This document shows positions 12,801 to 24,429 of a stretch of 64,000 nucleotides of DNA, piece by piece; the stretch's first letter is position 1, and each line of letters opens with the position of its first letter. Origin of the DNA: Phoronis australis (taxonomy: Eukaryota > Animalia > Phoronida); the NCBI GenBank assembly GCA_002633005.1, contig NMRA01000235.1:386964-450963 (forward strand), read 5' to 3'. Below the pieces are notes generated by a model. That model did not search any database. It was not told the DNA's origin and saw only the letters and a program-made list of their open reading frames with translations. A program made the position numbers and the translations under genes.

Positions 12801-14733
12801 AAATTCGACACTTTTCTAGGCTTAGTAATGAAGGTAATTTCTCAACATAGTCCTCTGTTGGTCAGCACATGCATAGGCGGATTTAGGGAGGGGGGAGCAG
12901 GGGGCCCGCCCCCCCACTTGGCTGCCGCAAAAAATAAAACAGCAAGATGGTACGGAAATGTTGAGTTTATTAATTTACCCCGGTAATTAACATTGAATGG
13001 CTGAAACAAGATTTAAATGTGTGCAGTTTTAGTTTGTTTGGGGGTGGGGGTGGGGGATCAGATCCAATTTCAAGTGTCAACGTCGGAACACGGCGCAATG
13101 GTAATGGAACTATGGCTAAGTATAGGCTCTCCTGCGAGATACATGTGAAGCGTTAAATAGAGAGATGTGTACGTCTCCTCCAACGTATTCACCAATTATA
13201 GATTGAACAGCGTGATCTTTGTTTCACTAGGTGTCGCTACTGGTGACTCTCGAGACAAGCTGGGTCGAAGTCGGTTTCACTGTTTTGGACCAGAAGCGCA
13301 CATGTTTGGGCAATACCCAGATTGGTATCGGCAATATGACAAGTACGGGGCCAAGTCGGTAGGTGTCACTATATACTGTCCTGTTACATCACCCTGTTAC
13401 GTTTATGTTAATGCAGGGTCTTCCCCTCTGTGTAGGATGACCAATGCTCCATATACATTGATACTCTCCGGACAAAATAATGTGCAGCGGTGAATCCAGG
13501 ATTCTTTTTGAGTTCCTTTGGAGAGGGGCAGGGCAGAGTATTAGGCAGGATTTTGCCCGTCAGACATTCGGCGCACCAGCAAACTGCCAAAGGGAATCGG
13601 GGAAAATTTTGCGGGAGTCATATTTTTGTCTAGGTGCCGTTCTTACGCTAGACAAAAAAAAAACTGGTTGGAAGGTGGCGTAGAGGATTGTATTTTGTGC
13701 AAATCATTAAGCGTTTATCTTTAAACGGAAGACTCAGTGAATTGAGAATCAACCTATCAAATGCGTGAGAGCACAACTTCATGTTAAGCTAAACTTTGTA
13801 CTCAAGTAGAACGGGAAGTTTAAGGTTCCATTTCTAATAATAAGACTTGTCTAGGATCTTGATTTTGCTCAATTTCCCGCCGATAGGCACGTGCAAACAA
13901 GCGTCGCGCAAACTTGAAAAAGTCGGCAGCTTTATGTTAATGACTTAGTGCAGTGGAATGTTTTTATTAGGTTTTACACTGTATCAAACACGGGCCCAAA
14001 ATTTTGATTTGTACTAAGTCGTACCGTCTTCGGGGATATTTTTACGCCAACAGCGGGATAGACTCATAAAAGAATAACGTATGTGCTTTGATGTCAAAAT
14101 TATTTACGCCTATTTGTAAGGAGTTTCATGAAAATGTCCCCTTCGTAGGGAATTGTTCCAACCATACCAATATACATGTAGTTGCAGGGGTTTATCGAAT
14201 TATTTGAACGTTTCACCGTTAAGCGGGCAAGAGTCCAAGAAGACATGCCATGGAGTCAAAAAGTGACAGCGTTTGTAGATTTGAGCACTTGGAAATGGGA
14301 AAATTTCGTGGAGTTCCAACTCCCAGTGAGGATTGTCAAAAAATAAACGTTTCGCACGGAAACCTACCAAGTAAAAGCCTCCCTTCTGGACATCACGTCT
14401 CGTACACTTCACTTCTTCGCGTGTCGTACTCTTGTAGTGACGCAAGTGGTTTGAGTCACAAAACATCGCCTATGGTTTTTATTGTGAACCCGTATGGCTA
14501 TCTGAATCCGTCACGCATTTCATTGAACAGCGATAGATGCACGAACATGCATACCAATCAAATGCTACGCAGATCATTAAACGATGTGACATGTTTATTT
14601 TCAGGGCACGGGAAACATCAGTGACTACGCCGTATCTTTCCACTACGTGAACCCACAGCAGATGTATGCTCTAGAGTTCTATACTTACCATCTAAGACCG
14701 TACGGCATCTCGTCGAGCGCGCAAAAAATATAA
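6632..14733 (+). CDS. C1GALT1: Core 1 beta-1,3-galactosyltransferase (T-synthase, GT31), spliced CDS join(6632-6881,10508-11041,13231-13358,14605-14733), 346 aa
   Basis: Four GT-AG exons join in frame (phases 1,1,0) to 1041 nt ending in TAA. N-terminal type II TM segment followed by family motifs [27 protein letters not shown] (DxD), [29 protein letters not shown] and YHLRPYG. Confidence 0.95.
9249..9655. repeat. Degenerate 46-bp minisatellite, about 9 copies, in C1GALT1 intron 1
   Basis: Recurring unit actgtacgttacattaact..atctgtctactataacaagacac. Confidence 0.85.
10508..11041 (+). CDS. C1GALT1: C1GALT1 coding exon 2 (catalytic core)
   Basis: Acceptor tttccag and donor G|gtgagt. Encodes the LCWIMT, ADDDTY, SGGAGY and AED motifs. 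Confidence 0.96.
12872..13026 (+). mobile_element. Left-end fragment of the GC-rich-terminus MITE family
   Basis: cataggcggatttagggagggggg...cttggctgccgcaaaaaataaaac...gttgagtttattaatt is shared with the copies at 21482 and 39438. Confidence 0.7.
13231..13358 (+). CDS. C1GALT1: C1GALT1 coding exon 3
   Basis: Acceptor tttcactag and donor gtaggt. Encodes [24 protein letters not shown]...[12 protein letters not shown]. Confidence 0.93.
14605..14733 (+). CDS. C1GALT1: C1GALT1 terminal coding exon
   Basis: Acceptor ttttcag. Encodes [42 protein letters not shown] (absent from the ORF track because it is short). Confidence 0.93.
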   Translation, partial: GTGNISDYAVSFHYVNPQQMYALEFYTYHLRPYGISSSAQKI

Positions 14734-15600
14734 TCATACTAAAAAATTGATCTCAGGACGGCGGTGATCGTCTATGCAATAACAGGTGCGCCACAGCTGC
14801 AACTGGTGCGTCGTGGGTTTCCTACGTGAATGGCAAACGGGTCTAAGCCTTTTTGCGATTCCACTAAACATACCCATTGTGAAGTGCACTCGTGTGGCTA
14901 GAACTGCACAGCGAACAGTTGAGCTCCAAACAAAGCGATAAGCGGTGAACGGTGGATTATCTGACCTAATTGAAATGAATGCAATTAATTTACTCACGGA
15001 GCTCAAACGCGTAATAACTTGTTAATTATCGGGGATTTTTTACTCAGCCAATTGCAAGAGAAACGATGCACGGATGTTTCAGGCTCACTTACATACAACA
15101 TCCACGTGCTCTGTAGTTCGAGCACCCCTTAACTAACGACAGAATCCATTTCAAACATTGTTTAAGCTGACCAGTTCTTTCAGACAAAACACGTGCCCTG
15201 GGGCTTCCCACCTGGATTATGTTAGGTGCCGAAACTCAAAACGTTGTGCTACCGTGTAATGACAACCAACCATGGCACATTATCTTACCTATCTTGGATT
15301 TCTAATCTTAACTATACGCGTTGTAAACTAAATTTAGAGATTCTTGCAGTCAGAAAACGCCAGTAATTCTATTCATACTTTATTAACATTTTGGTATACC
15401 CAGCAAAAACGCTTTATACTGAAGCACATCTTGTGATGACCATGCCTGTAAATACATGTAGATATTGTTATGACATACCAAGGATTGTGCGATAAGATTT
15501 TCCTTACTTTAAAATCCAACTTTTCAGTACCTGTTGGTTTGGTAATTGGACCAGTTATGTTGCACGCCCAGCAAAAGAATGAGGATCATATTATTACAAC

Positions 15601-15606
15601 AATAAA
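15601..15606 (+). terminator. Candidate polyadenylation signal for C1GALT1
   Basis: AATAAA about 870 nt after the stop codon, followed by T/GT-rich sequence. Confidence 0.3.
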
Positions 15607-15759
15607 CAAACTCTTTAGGTTGTAAAAGTCATATTTCTTTCCAGCTTTCAAGCTTCAAAAACCTAAAAACGTGTACTTCTTCACGAACTATTGAAATATG
15701 TTATTTACAAATTTTCAAACCAAGGTTTCAGACACTGTAGATAGTTTTGTCTTCCAAGT

Positions 15760-16052
15760 GTGTTTATGATGGGTCTGATTATCTAGAGAACGACAATGAC
15801 TTTCTAAAACCGCTCTGAGGTGGTGGCGTGTTATTAATAAATTCTCTTGGTCTATTTACACCGACCTCTTGTCTATTTACACTGTCATGACGTTTCGGTC
15901 GGTCTATTCTCCGGCCATTGTCAGGTGTTCCCGTGTTCTTAGAAGAATGAGCACGGATATGTGGTACACTCATGGTGTGATTTTTTGAACCCACGACTTC
16001 TGAAGCTACAGATAATTCGGGTCCAGCACCTTAACGACTACACCACGGCGTC
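15760..16052 (-). mobile_element. tRNA-derived SINE (degenerate)
   Basis: The minus-strand head GACGCCGTGGTGTAGTCGTTAAGG...GTCGTGGGTTCAA has A- and B-box-like motifs but cannot form a full cloverleaf. A unique body follows. Confidence 0.5.
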
Positions 16053-16444
16053 ATCCATTTACTTAGACGGGAATTTTATTATGCTTAAATCTTCCTAAGT
16101 AGACTGAGCCAGGTGTAGCTTGGTTGTTTGCTTGGCTGACTGAAGACATTGCCTTGTACTTTCATGTACAAGGCTTTCTTGATCAAGGAAGCCATGCACA
16201 TGAAAGTACAAGGCATAGTTGAAACTCGACTGGTAGTGTTGTTTAACTTGTAGGTAAACCGCAACAATCATACACGGGAAAGCCACAATGCCAATAGTAA
16301 AGCAAGCAGATCCGTAAAGTGGAAAGATGAAAATAAAAATGATTATCAAAACCAGAAACATGTCTTGATAGAGCATGTCATTATTATAAGTTAATATTAC
16401 GTAGTTATTTAAGGAACTACAGGCGACATGGAACTGAGGAAAAT

Positions 16445-17420
16445 TTGACTAAATACAGGGAATGCAACACGAGAAGTACTAAAAAGCACATGTTTAAATA
16501 CAGTGACATTCGTGTGCAAGTGTGCTTAAAAATGTTTGACACAAAAATATTACCGTTCTTGTTGTATGGTTCTGAGATTTGGGGATTTCACTCCGAACAA
16601 GACATTGAAATCGTACAAAATAAATTTTGTAAATTTTTGTTGGGACTTGGACATCATGTCTCAAACACTGCAGTGAAGGGAGAGCTTGGTAGAGTCGCAA
16701 TGAAGGTATATCTATTATTTTGAATTATTACTATCTTATTTATTTTTTATTATTGTGATATTTAAAATGAGGGTGGCCTCTTCAGTGATAGCAATGCTTT
16801 CCAAGAGGGCCCTCTGGTTTAAGATTATACACTTTTCTAAGCCATCGTTATGTTAGTTTGTGGTATAATGTGTAATATGACATGGCTGAGAAAAATAAGT
16901 GTTGCTGAGTTGTAAATGTTTAACGATAGTTATTTGCTAGTGGTTTTGGAGTGGTTTGGATACAACAAGGTTCAGGCTCTCCTGTATCATTCATAAGTGT
17001 GTATTAACAACAATGCTTTGATACAGACATCCAGGATTGGAGAGACAATATATTTTCTCAATCGTTAGATGTTTATAAAATAGGCAAGTGTAATTTTGTT
17101 GTAGAAAAATACATAATATGTCTAGAAAATAATTTTCACAGAGTAGCCCTCGCAAGACTCAGATGCTCGGCGCATTCTTTAATGATTGTTCAGGGAAGGT
17201 TTAGTGGACTTGATAGAGAGGAGAGAATATGTTCCTGCTGTGACAGTGGGAAAGTGGAAACAGAATTACACTTTTTCTTCTCGAATGTATTTTTTATTCT
17301 GATTTACGTGTGCAGTTCTTACCAAGATGCGACAAGGTGGACGAGATAGCGTTCAGAGATTTTTTTACTGTCCTGAGAAAATTTTCTAGATATTTAATTA
17401 ATGCGGAGAAACGTTGAAAT
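16445..17420 (+). mobile_element. CR1/L2-group LINE ORF2 C-terminal fragment, interrupted at about 16720-16920
   Basis: FDTKILPFLLYGSEIWG, VQNKFCKFLLGL, GELGR, then ALARLRCSAHSLMIVQGRF...ERICSCCDSGKVETELHF (C-terminal zinc knuckle). Confidence 0.85.
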
Positions 17421-17625
17421 GAGCTCCTTGATATGAATTTAGATTTGAAAAATCGTGTACTCTCTACGAGTTACATTTTTAATGTGGACAGGAGGCCTGT
17501 TACGTGAGCTAATCCCACTAACTTCAATAGCCCGTTGCATAATAATAGAAGCAAAAAGTGATGACTGCAAGCGCCTCCATTGCGCTTTTATCTACATTGA
17601 AGGCTGTAATAGGCGTGTGCGGTTC

Positions 17626-17786
17626 CAGTGGCGGATTTAAGGAGGGGAGGGGAGCAAAGAGGCCATGCCCTCCACTGAAATTCTCCCAGATTCCATTTGG
17701 CAGTTCCGGGGCGCGCATGTCTAACGGGCAGAATTCTGGGGTACACTGCCCTGCCCCCCCTAACCAAAATCGTGGATCCGCTCATG
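17626..17786. mobile_element. MITE with CAGTGGCGGAT...ATCCGCTCATG termini and a near-perfect 5-bp TSD (GGTTC/TGTTC)
   Basis: Imperfect TIRs and G-rich/C-rich subterminal runs. Confidence 0.7.
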
Positions 17787-17826
17787 TGTTCATTTCGNNN
17801 NNNNNNNNNNNNNNNNNNNNNNNNNN

Positions 17827-17876
<50 letters not shown>
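17827..17876. repeat. (TA)n microsatellite beside an N gap
   Basis: Seen directly. Confidence 0.95.
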
Positions 17877-17879
<3 letters not shown>

Positions 17880-17880
<1 letters not shown>

Positions 17881-18420
17881 TTTGTAATAAAGAAGTTGTT
17901 AGAGAAAACATAGATAGGAAGGTGATTCTTGATGAATTTGTTGTAAAAGTTTGAAGTTTAGTTTTTAAAGTTGTCTTGAAGTAGAGGGAGGCGAAGTTCT
18001 TCACATACATGTATGGGCAGAGTGTGAGCATTATGACTGGAATTTGATATATTCCCAAGGATTCTCTTCTGGGATGTCTGGAGTTTGTTATTATTGACAA
18101 AAACCCCAAGATGCAATGTTGTTGATAAAATGTGAGCGGACAAGTGAATTATATATTAACTTGAGAGAAAAAGATAGCGTTTGTATATGAGTCCACAGAG
18201 ATTGTTTGAATTGAGGTTTATGTGGGGGGGGGGGGGCATGAAGGTTTTTGTCAACGGTAATACCAAGGAAAAGGAAACTGTCAACATGACAGATTATTTT
18301 GCTCTTTATATCAATTGTGGGAATGATACATTTATCAATTTTAGGATTTGGAATTAGATACACCTGCAATATTAAACCGAGCTGAAAATAGATTTTTCCT
18401 GCAGTCAATCTCCCAAAAAT
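17880..18420 (-). mobile_element. CR1-type LINE RT C-terminal fragment
   Basis: FLFLGITVDKNL, LKLIYNSLVRSH...WG, KLQTSQKRILGNISNSSHNAHTLP..ELRL. Confidence 0.8.
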
Positions 18421-18755
18421 CCAATAACGTTGAGGGCTAAGAGTTTGTTGAAATCATATTTATTAAATTCTATCTACAGAGAGCGGTTGACTCGAGTTGG
18501 GATGGGCGGTCATAATCTTTACAATTGAAGTATAATAAATAGTTATGAAAATACCATAATGGATATGAACTGCCAGGAAACCCGTATTCTGAAAAAGCAA
18601 CTAGATTTTGATTTGCTCCACATTCACGTATAAAACTCTATTTGACTTCAACTTTACCAGGTAGATAAGCAATATCAAGTGACACGTCAGCTCTGACGGA
18701 GAGCGCCCTATGAGTCCCCGCGACAACTGAAGCAAACTTCATCAACATGGTTTGA

Positions 18756-19343
18756 CTCACTGGTTCCCTGCGTGGCGCTAGGTGGGGCGGTAGCTGCGCC
18801 AGCACGCAGGTGTCTTAATTTTCCTCGGGAATTTTTTTTACACCGGCGTTTCTAATTGGCTAGTCTAATTCTGAACAGGCAGCGCTTTACGCAAACAAAC
18901 TGGCATGACTGATGGACTGAAGTGTAAATGTGGTCTGTTGTACAGAGAAATCGGTGCTTAAAATTTATGTTCAGGAAAGGTGAAGCCTAGAAATTGTGAT
19001 TGCGCCTTTTCGCAATGCATCTTTCCACTGTCGATGACTTTTGTTTACAATAGTGTCCTGTAATCATACAGTATGAATAACACACCGATTAAATCGGCCA
19101 GGTATGTGTTTATTGTACATGTATGTGCTTCAAGCACGCTGCTATTAAACATCACAGCAGCAACGAAATAGTTGCTTCGACGCCACTTACATGACAAGGC
19201 TAAAAATCGTTCACAGTCCGCCATTTTTCACGGTGTTGTAAAACTAACCAAGACTGCCGAGGTTACATCGACCAATGCTAGAGCGCGTGCCACTGCGTGA
19301 TACCTGCGTGCTGGCTGGGCTAAGCTCGCAGGGAACCAGCGAG
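18756..19343. mobile_element. Non-autonomous DNA transposon with 17-bp TIRs and a 10-bp TSD (Mutator- or AcademH-like)
   Basis: TIRs CTCACTGGTTCCCTGCG / CGCAGGGAACCAGCGAG, inner IR GCCAGCACGCAGG / CCTGCGTGCTGGC, flanks CATGGTTTGA / CATGGTTTCA. Confidence 0.85.
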
Positions 19344-21481
19344 CATGGTTTCAGAAAACAATATCCCAGAAATCACATCTTGAACTTGACAATTTTTGTC
19401 TACAAAGCGCTAAAATGGCTAAATCAAAACTAATTGATTGAGGGCGTATTTATCACTGCTGAAAACGATGTGGAGCCTGATATTGGTAAAATTTAAAATT
19501 ACTACTTCATGACACTTGAACATGCGGTAAACTGATTTATGGATTCATCCTTAAAGCCCCCGTGGCGGCAGCCGGAGAACGTCGGAACCAGCTCAGAAGC
19601 GTTCTTTAGCTGTCATCGCTTGAAAACGAGAATGTTTGAAACGGCCCCAGTTCCGGATTGTTTTGCATAATTGACCGATTGCATATTCAGAATGCAAATA
19701 TACGCCCGGGCGACGCTAGGCTGCACCATTAAGTTATGCCGGAGAACGGAAATAACTCAGTGGTGAAGCTTAGTTCTGGTCCTCGAGTGTCCATGTCCTA
19801 AGAAACAGGGGACGATTTGGGATTCAACCAGGTATATTCTTTTGAACTGTATCGCAGGGTAGATAACGCCCCTTATACAAGTATACACGTATGCTAGTAC
19901 CGGATAAGCGTAGCCAAATATGGCTGCCTGTAGAAAACTCTGGTAATTCCCGAAGCCACTAGCTCGACTTATTAAAACACAGTATTATGACCTTGCGTTG
20001 GCATTAAATTAGCGCACATATGTTCTTTCTAAATACTGTAGTACACTTTAGAAAAACACCACATGTGACACGGTGTATATAAATATTGGAATATAAGCAC
20101 GCTTTCCGATGGAGGATGCTCGTGTACACGTATAGTATTCATTTAACAACAGAGCGATTATTGATTTTACTGAGCAGCAGGTATAATTAACCAACAATTA
20201 TCGTAACTGCCCCCTGGCGGCTGCCGTTGAAGTTATGTACGTCTAGGACCTTATTGATAATCTGTGCATTCAGCTAAAAGTCTATGAAGCTCTATAAAAA
20301 AGCTATGACGTCACTCTTCAGTGACACTTCTTAGGAATCAAGCAGGCAACTTTTCAGAATAAGTAAAGTGGTGTAAGTATCATTTTCCGTATGTTCCCGC
20401 CAGTCAAGTGGGATTGGCGGTTCATCATGTTGATGTCATTTTTCACAACCGCGTAAAAGTCACTGAAATCGGGATTATTTACATGTACATACTATTATAA
20501 AAACCCAGCGGTCATGGAAAGAAGATTGAACAAAGGCCTAGCAAGCGCGGAGTAGGTGGGGGGATTGTGATTTGATGTTTTCAAAAAGTTGTTTTCCGAA
20601 AATACGCCCTTGGGTTTATTGTCGGAAATTTCAGATATTCAAAGTTTCGACACGCAAATTCGGTTGTAAAATAATATTGTAAATTGAACAGACTGTAAGT
20701 CCCTTGATTAAGGAAAACTACATGTAGTCGTTGATTAAGCGCAGAAAGGTACTCGTTTAAAATTTGGCGCTTCGTAGTGCTCCACCTGACGAGCGCGTCT
20801 GCGCTGTTAAAGTATAGTTGCATCACTGAGGCATGTGAAACGTACGGCAAATTGAAAACTAAGTAACACGTATAAAAATGAATATTCAGTGACCTGTTGT
20901 CAGTTTTTTATTTCACCGATGTACGTTGTCGCATTTTTTACACAGATAACGAAGCTGAAAACAAATACACACATCTCAAAACGCGAGTTAACAAATATCG
21001 TAGTAATTTGTTTATAAAAACTTTGCTTCTCAGATATTAGACACTAGATCTGTTACATCCAACGGTTTTGTAGAACCCTATAGAAGTGACCAAGTTTAGC
21101 TGACTTAGGAACATCATATCTCATAAAGCGGCTGACTTGATTCATTTGAAACTTTCAGGTACACATGTACCATACTGAAAACATTTTGTAAAAGTTGCAA
21201 TTAGTTTGTGTGCGACCTCTGATAGCAAGTTTGTGGCTTTGACTTAGTAACGGGGTTCCAAGTCTAATCGCATGAACATCTGTTTACCCGTTATAAAAAC
21301 TTGAAAAACATGAATTAATACCAGAAACTTCATTCTACCACAGTTTTTAAACACGCTGTTACGAATTCCTTTAAAATGTTCCATTTCTGCATTAGAGTCT
21401 ATTAAAAAAAAAAATTATAATTTTCATTGAACATTTCAAGGTTGCAAAATAAGAAAAAGAAATAATATTTTAGGAATTCTG

Positions 21482-22052
21482 CATAGGTGGATNGGGGGGG
21501 GGGGGGCAGGAGGCCTGCTTCCCCGTTGGCTAATGCAAAAAATAAAACACCAAGAGCGTAGGGAAATGTTGAGTTTATTAATTAACCCCTGTAATTAAAA
21601 TCATACGGATGAAATAAGATTTAAATGTGTGTAGTTTCCAAAGATATCCCGTCATTATTGCCAACACGAAAAACGGATTTGGTCGTTGGGGCAATTGAAG
21701 ACTATGTTAAATACAACAAATTTGTTACGAATTGATTGCACAAAATAAAAAAAAAATGTAATAAGCATTACAAAAAGAAGTAGGATTCGCGCGCAAACGC
21801 TGTGGACCATAAACAAGTAGCTCTCTTAGTAAGTTAGTAGGAGTGAAAGCTTTGTGGTGTAGTGAGTTCGAGTCTGTGGTATATCCAATTTTCTTGTTTG
21901 GCACGTTCTCCGTGTTTTTTTGCCTTTTTTCTTGGGCAAACCCCGTCCCGACCTCCCCCCGCTCGGTGCTATGCGCATCTGCAATCGTGGTTTGCGCCAA
22001 TGCTTACAGACAAAACGTTGGCCCCCCTTGTGATATCCTAGATCCTCCACTG
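21482..22052. mobile_element. MITE (CATAGG...CCACTG) with 5-bp TSD TTCTG
   Basis: Termini shared with the 12872, 17626 and 39438 copies. TTCTG on both flanks. Confidence 0.7.
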
Positions 22053-24038
22053 TTCTGCATCTGCGTTTTGACAGCTCACATTAAACACTTATGTCAAATA
22101 AAATGTTCTTTCCGAAGTAGAAATCGCTAACATGTTCGATGGTTTGGAAACGATTAAAAAATATCGCACTTTTTCGACGAAGAATTACCCACAATAGCAT
22201 TTCTTTTGAAGATCATTATTATTAAAGCATTGTTAGAGAAAGGATAATTTAGATTCATGCATGTCGATCACGCTGTCGGGTGAAGATTTATGACGAACGG
22301 TTACAGTGCAGGTACTAGCAATTAGTGCCATCTTGGAACACAACGCATTATCCGTTATAGGCTACGACGGCAACGAAGCAAAATCCACATTAACAAAGTG
22401 TATTTAGGACTGCACTGTTGCCTGGTTACCGTGGGAACAGTTTTGCATTTGGCCGTGACACCCAGAATATTTCAGGCTAATCCAATGTGCATCACAAAGT
22501 GTCGGTTGCGTTGCTATTCCTCATTTTATTTCTTTCATGAACGTCTGCTCCATGTTATCTCAAATTAGGTCAACTCTAGGGTCATCGATTTTGAAAAAAT
22601 GCACTTACATACATCCTGGTGGGATATGTTCAAAGTTTTTATNNNNNNNNNNNNNNNNNNNNNNNNNNNNNNNNNNNNNNNNNNNNNNNNNNNNNNNNNN
22701 NNNNNNNNNNNNNNNNNNNNNNNNNNNNNNNNNNNNNNNNNNNNNNNNNNNNNNNNNNNNNNNNNNNNNNNNNNNNNNNNNNNNNNNNNNNNNNNNNNNN
22801 NNNNNNNNNNNNNNNNNNNNNNNNNNNNNNNNNNNNNNNNNNACGACTCCGTTTCCGTCGTCTGCTTCACTGTGCAATGAAGAAAATTACATAATGTTTT
22901 ACAGAAAATGGAACCTGAGTGACGATGAAAAAACAGAAGCTGCTGGTAAGATGTGAATTTTAATAGAAGCCTTAGTGAATCACTCAGAAGCTCATAATTC
23001 TCTCTTTGTCAAACCTTAACTTAAAACGATTTCCAAAGATATCCCGTCATTATTGCCAACACGAAAAACGGATTTGGTCGTTTGGGCAATTGAAGACTAT
23101 GTTAAATACAACAAATTTGTTACGAATTGATGGCACAAAATAAAAAAAAATGTAATAAGCATTGCAAAAATAAGTAGGTTTCGCGCGCAAACGCTGTGGA
23201 CCATAAACAAGTAGGTCTCTTAGTAAGTTAGTAGGAGTGAAAGCTTGGTGGTGTAGTGAGTTCGAGTCTGTGGTATATCCAACTTTTCTTGTTTGGCACG
23301 TTCTCCGTGTTTTTCTGCCTTTTTTCTTGGGCAAACCCCCGTCCCGACCTCCCCCCGCTCGGTGCTATGCGCATCTGCAATCGTGGTTTGCGCCAATGCT
23401 TACAGACAAAATGTTGGCCCCCCTTGTGATATCCTAGATCAGCCACTGTTCTGCATCTGCGTTTTGACAGCTCACATTAAACACTTATGTCAAATAAAAT
23501 GTTCTTTCCGAAGTAGAAATCGCTAACATGTTCGATGGTTTGGAAACTATTAAAAAATATCGCACTTTTTCGACGAAGAATTACCCACAATAACATTTCT
23601 TTTGAAGATCATCATTATTAAATCATTGTTAGGGAAAGGATAATTTAGATTCATGCATGTCGATCACGCTGTCGGGTGAAGATTTATGACGAACGGTTAC
23701 AGTGCAGGTACTAGCAATCAGTGCCATCTTGGAACACAACGCATTATCCGTTATAGGCTACGACGGCAACGAAGCAAGATCCACATTAACAAGGTGTATT
23801 CAGGACTGCACTGTTGCCTGGTTACCGTGGGAACGGTTTTGCATTTGGCCGTGACACCCAGAGTATTTCAGGCTAATCCAATGTGCATCACAAAGTGCCG
23901 GTTGCGTTGCTATTCCTCATTTTATTTCTTTCATGAACGTCTGCTCCATGTTATCTCAAATTAAGTCAACTCTAGGGTCATCGATTTTGAAAAAATGCAC
24001 TTACATACATCCTGGTGGGATATGTTCAAAGTTTTTAT
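21635..24038. repeat. About 1-kb near-identical duplication (21635-22642 and 23030-24038) across a 200-N gap, probably uncollapsed haplotypes
   Basis: Colinear copies with scattered SNPs. Copy 1 ends exactly at the gap. Confidence 0.85.
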
Positions 24039-24429
24039 TTGAAAAGAAAAGGGAACTATTATATCACCATGAATATTGTGGCCCAAAATAGCCCATTACT
24101 GGCTCAAAAAAGGTACAGCTAGTGAGCTGTTCAAAAACGGCTTGAAAGAACGGGAAAAATATAAAGGTTGTCCATGTTTATGTACAGACAATGACCTCTC
24201 CATCAGACGACAGTTTTCGAATTTTCAAAAGGTTTCCATTGACCCTCACTGGAGTGCAGCTGATTTCCATTAATGTTATTCGTATGTTTGCTGTCTAATT
24301 AAGATAGTAAAAAGTAAAAAAGGGTTTTTGTTTATTTCCAAGCAACAGCCGATGGGAAAGATATAACTTCGCGTACTTTATGCTACCTGACTAGGTGCAG
24401 TATGCGACTGTATCGCATAAGCCTCTTAA

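Noticed and set aside
15960-16052. tRNA gene
   Set aside because: A/B-box-like motifs are present but the acceptor and T stems do not pair. Treated as a SINE head. The B-box-like fragment near 8980 was also rejected.
22537-22956. ORFs spanning the N gap (also 17558-17954)
   Set aside because: Artefacts of N runs and (TA)n.
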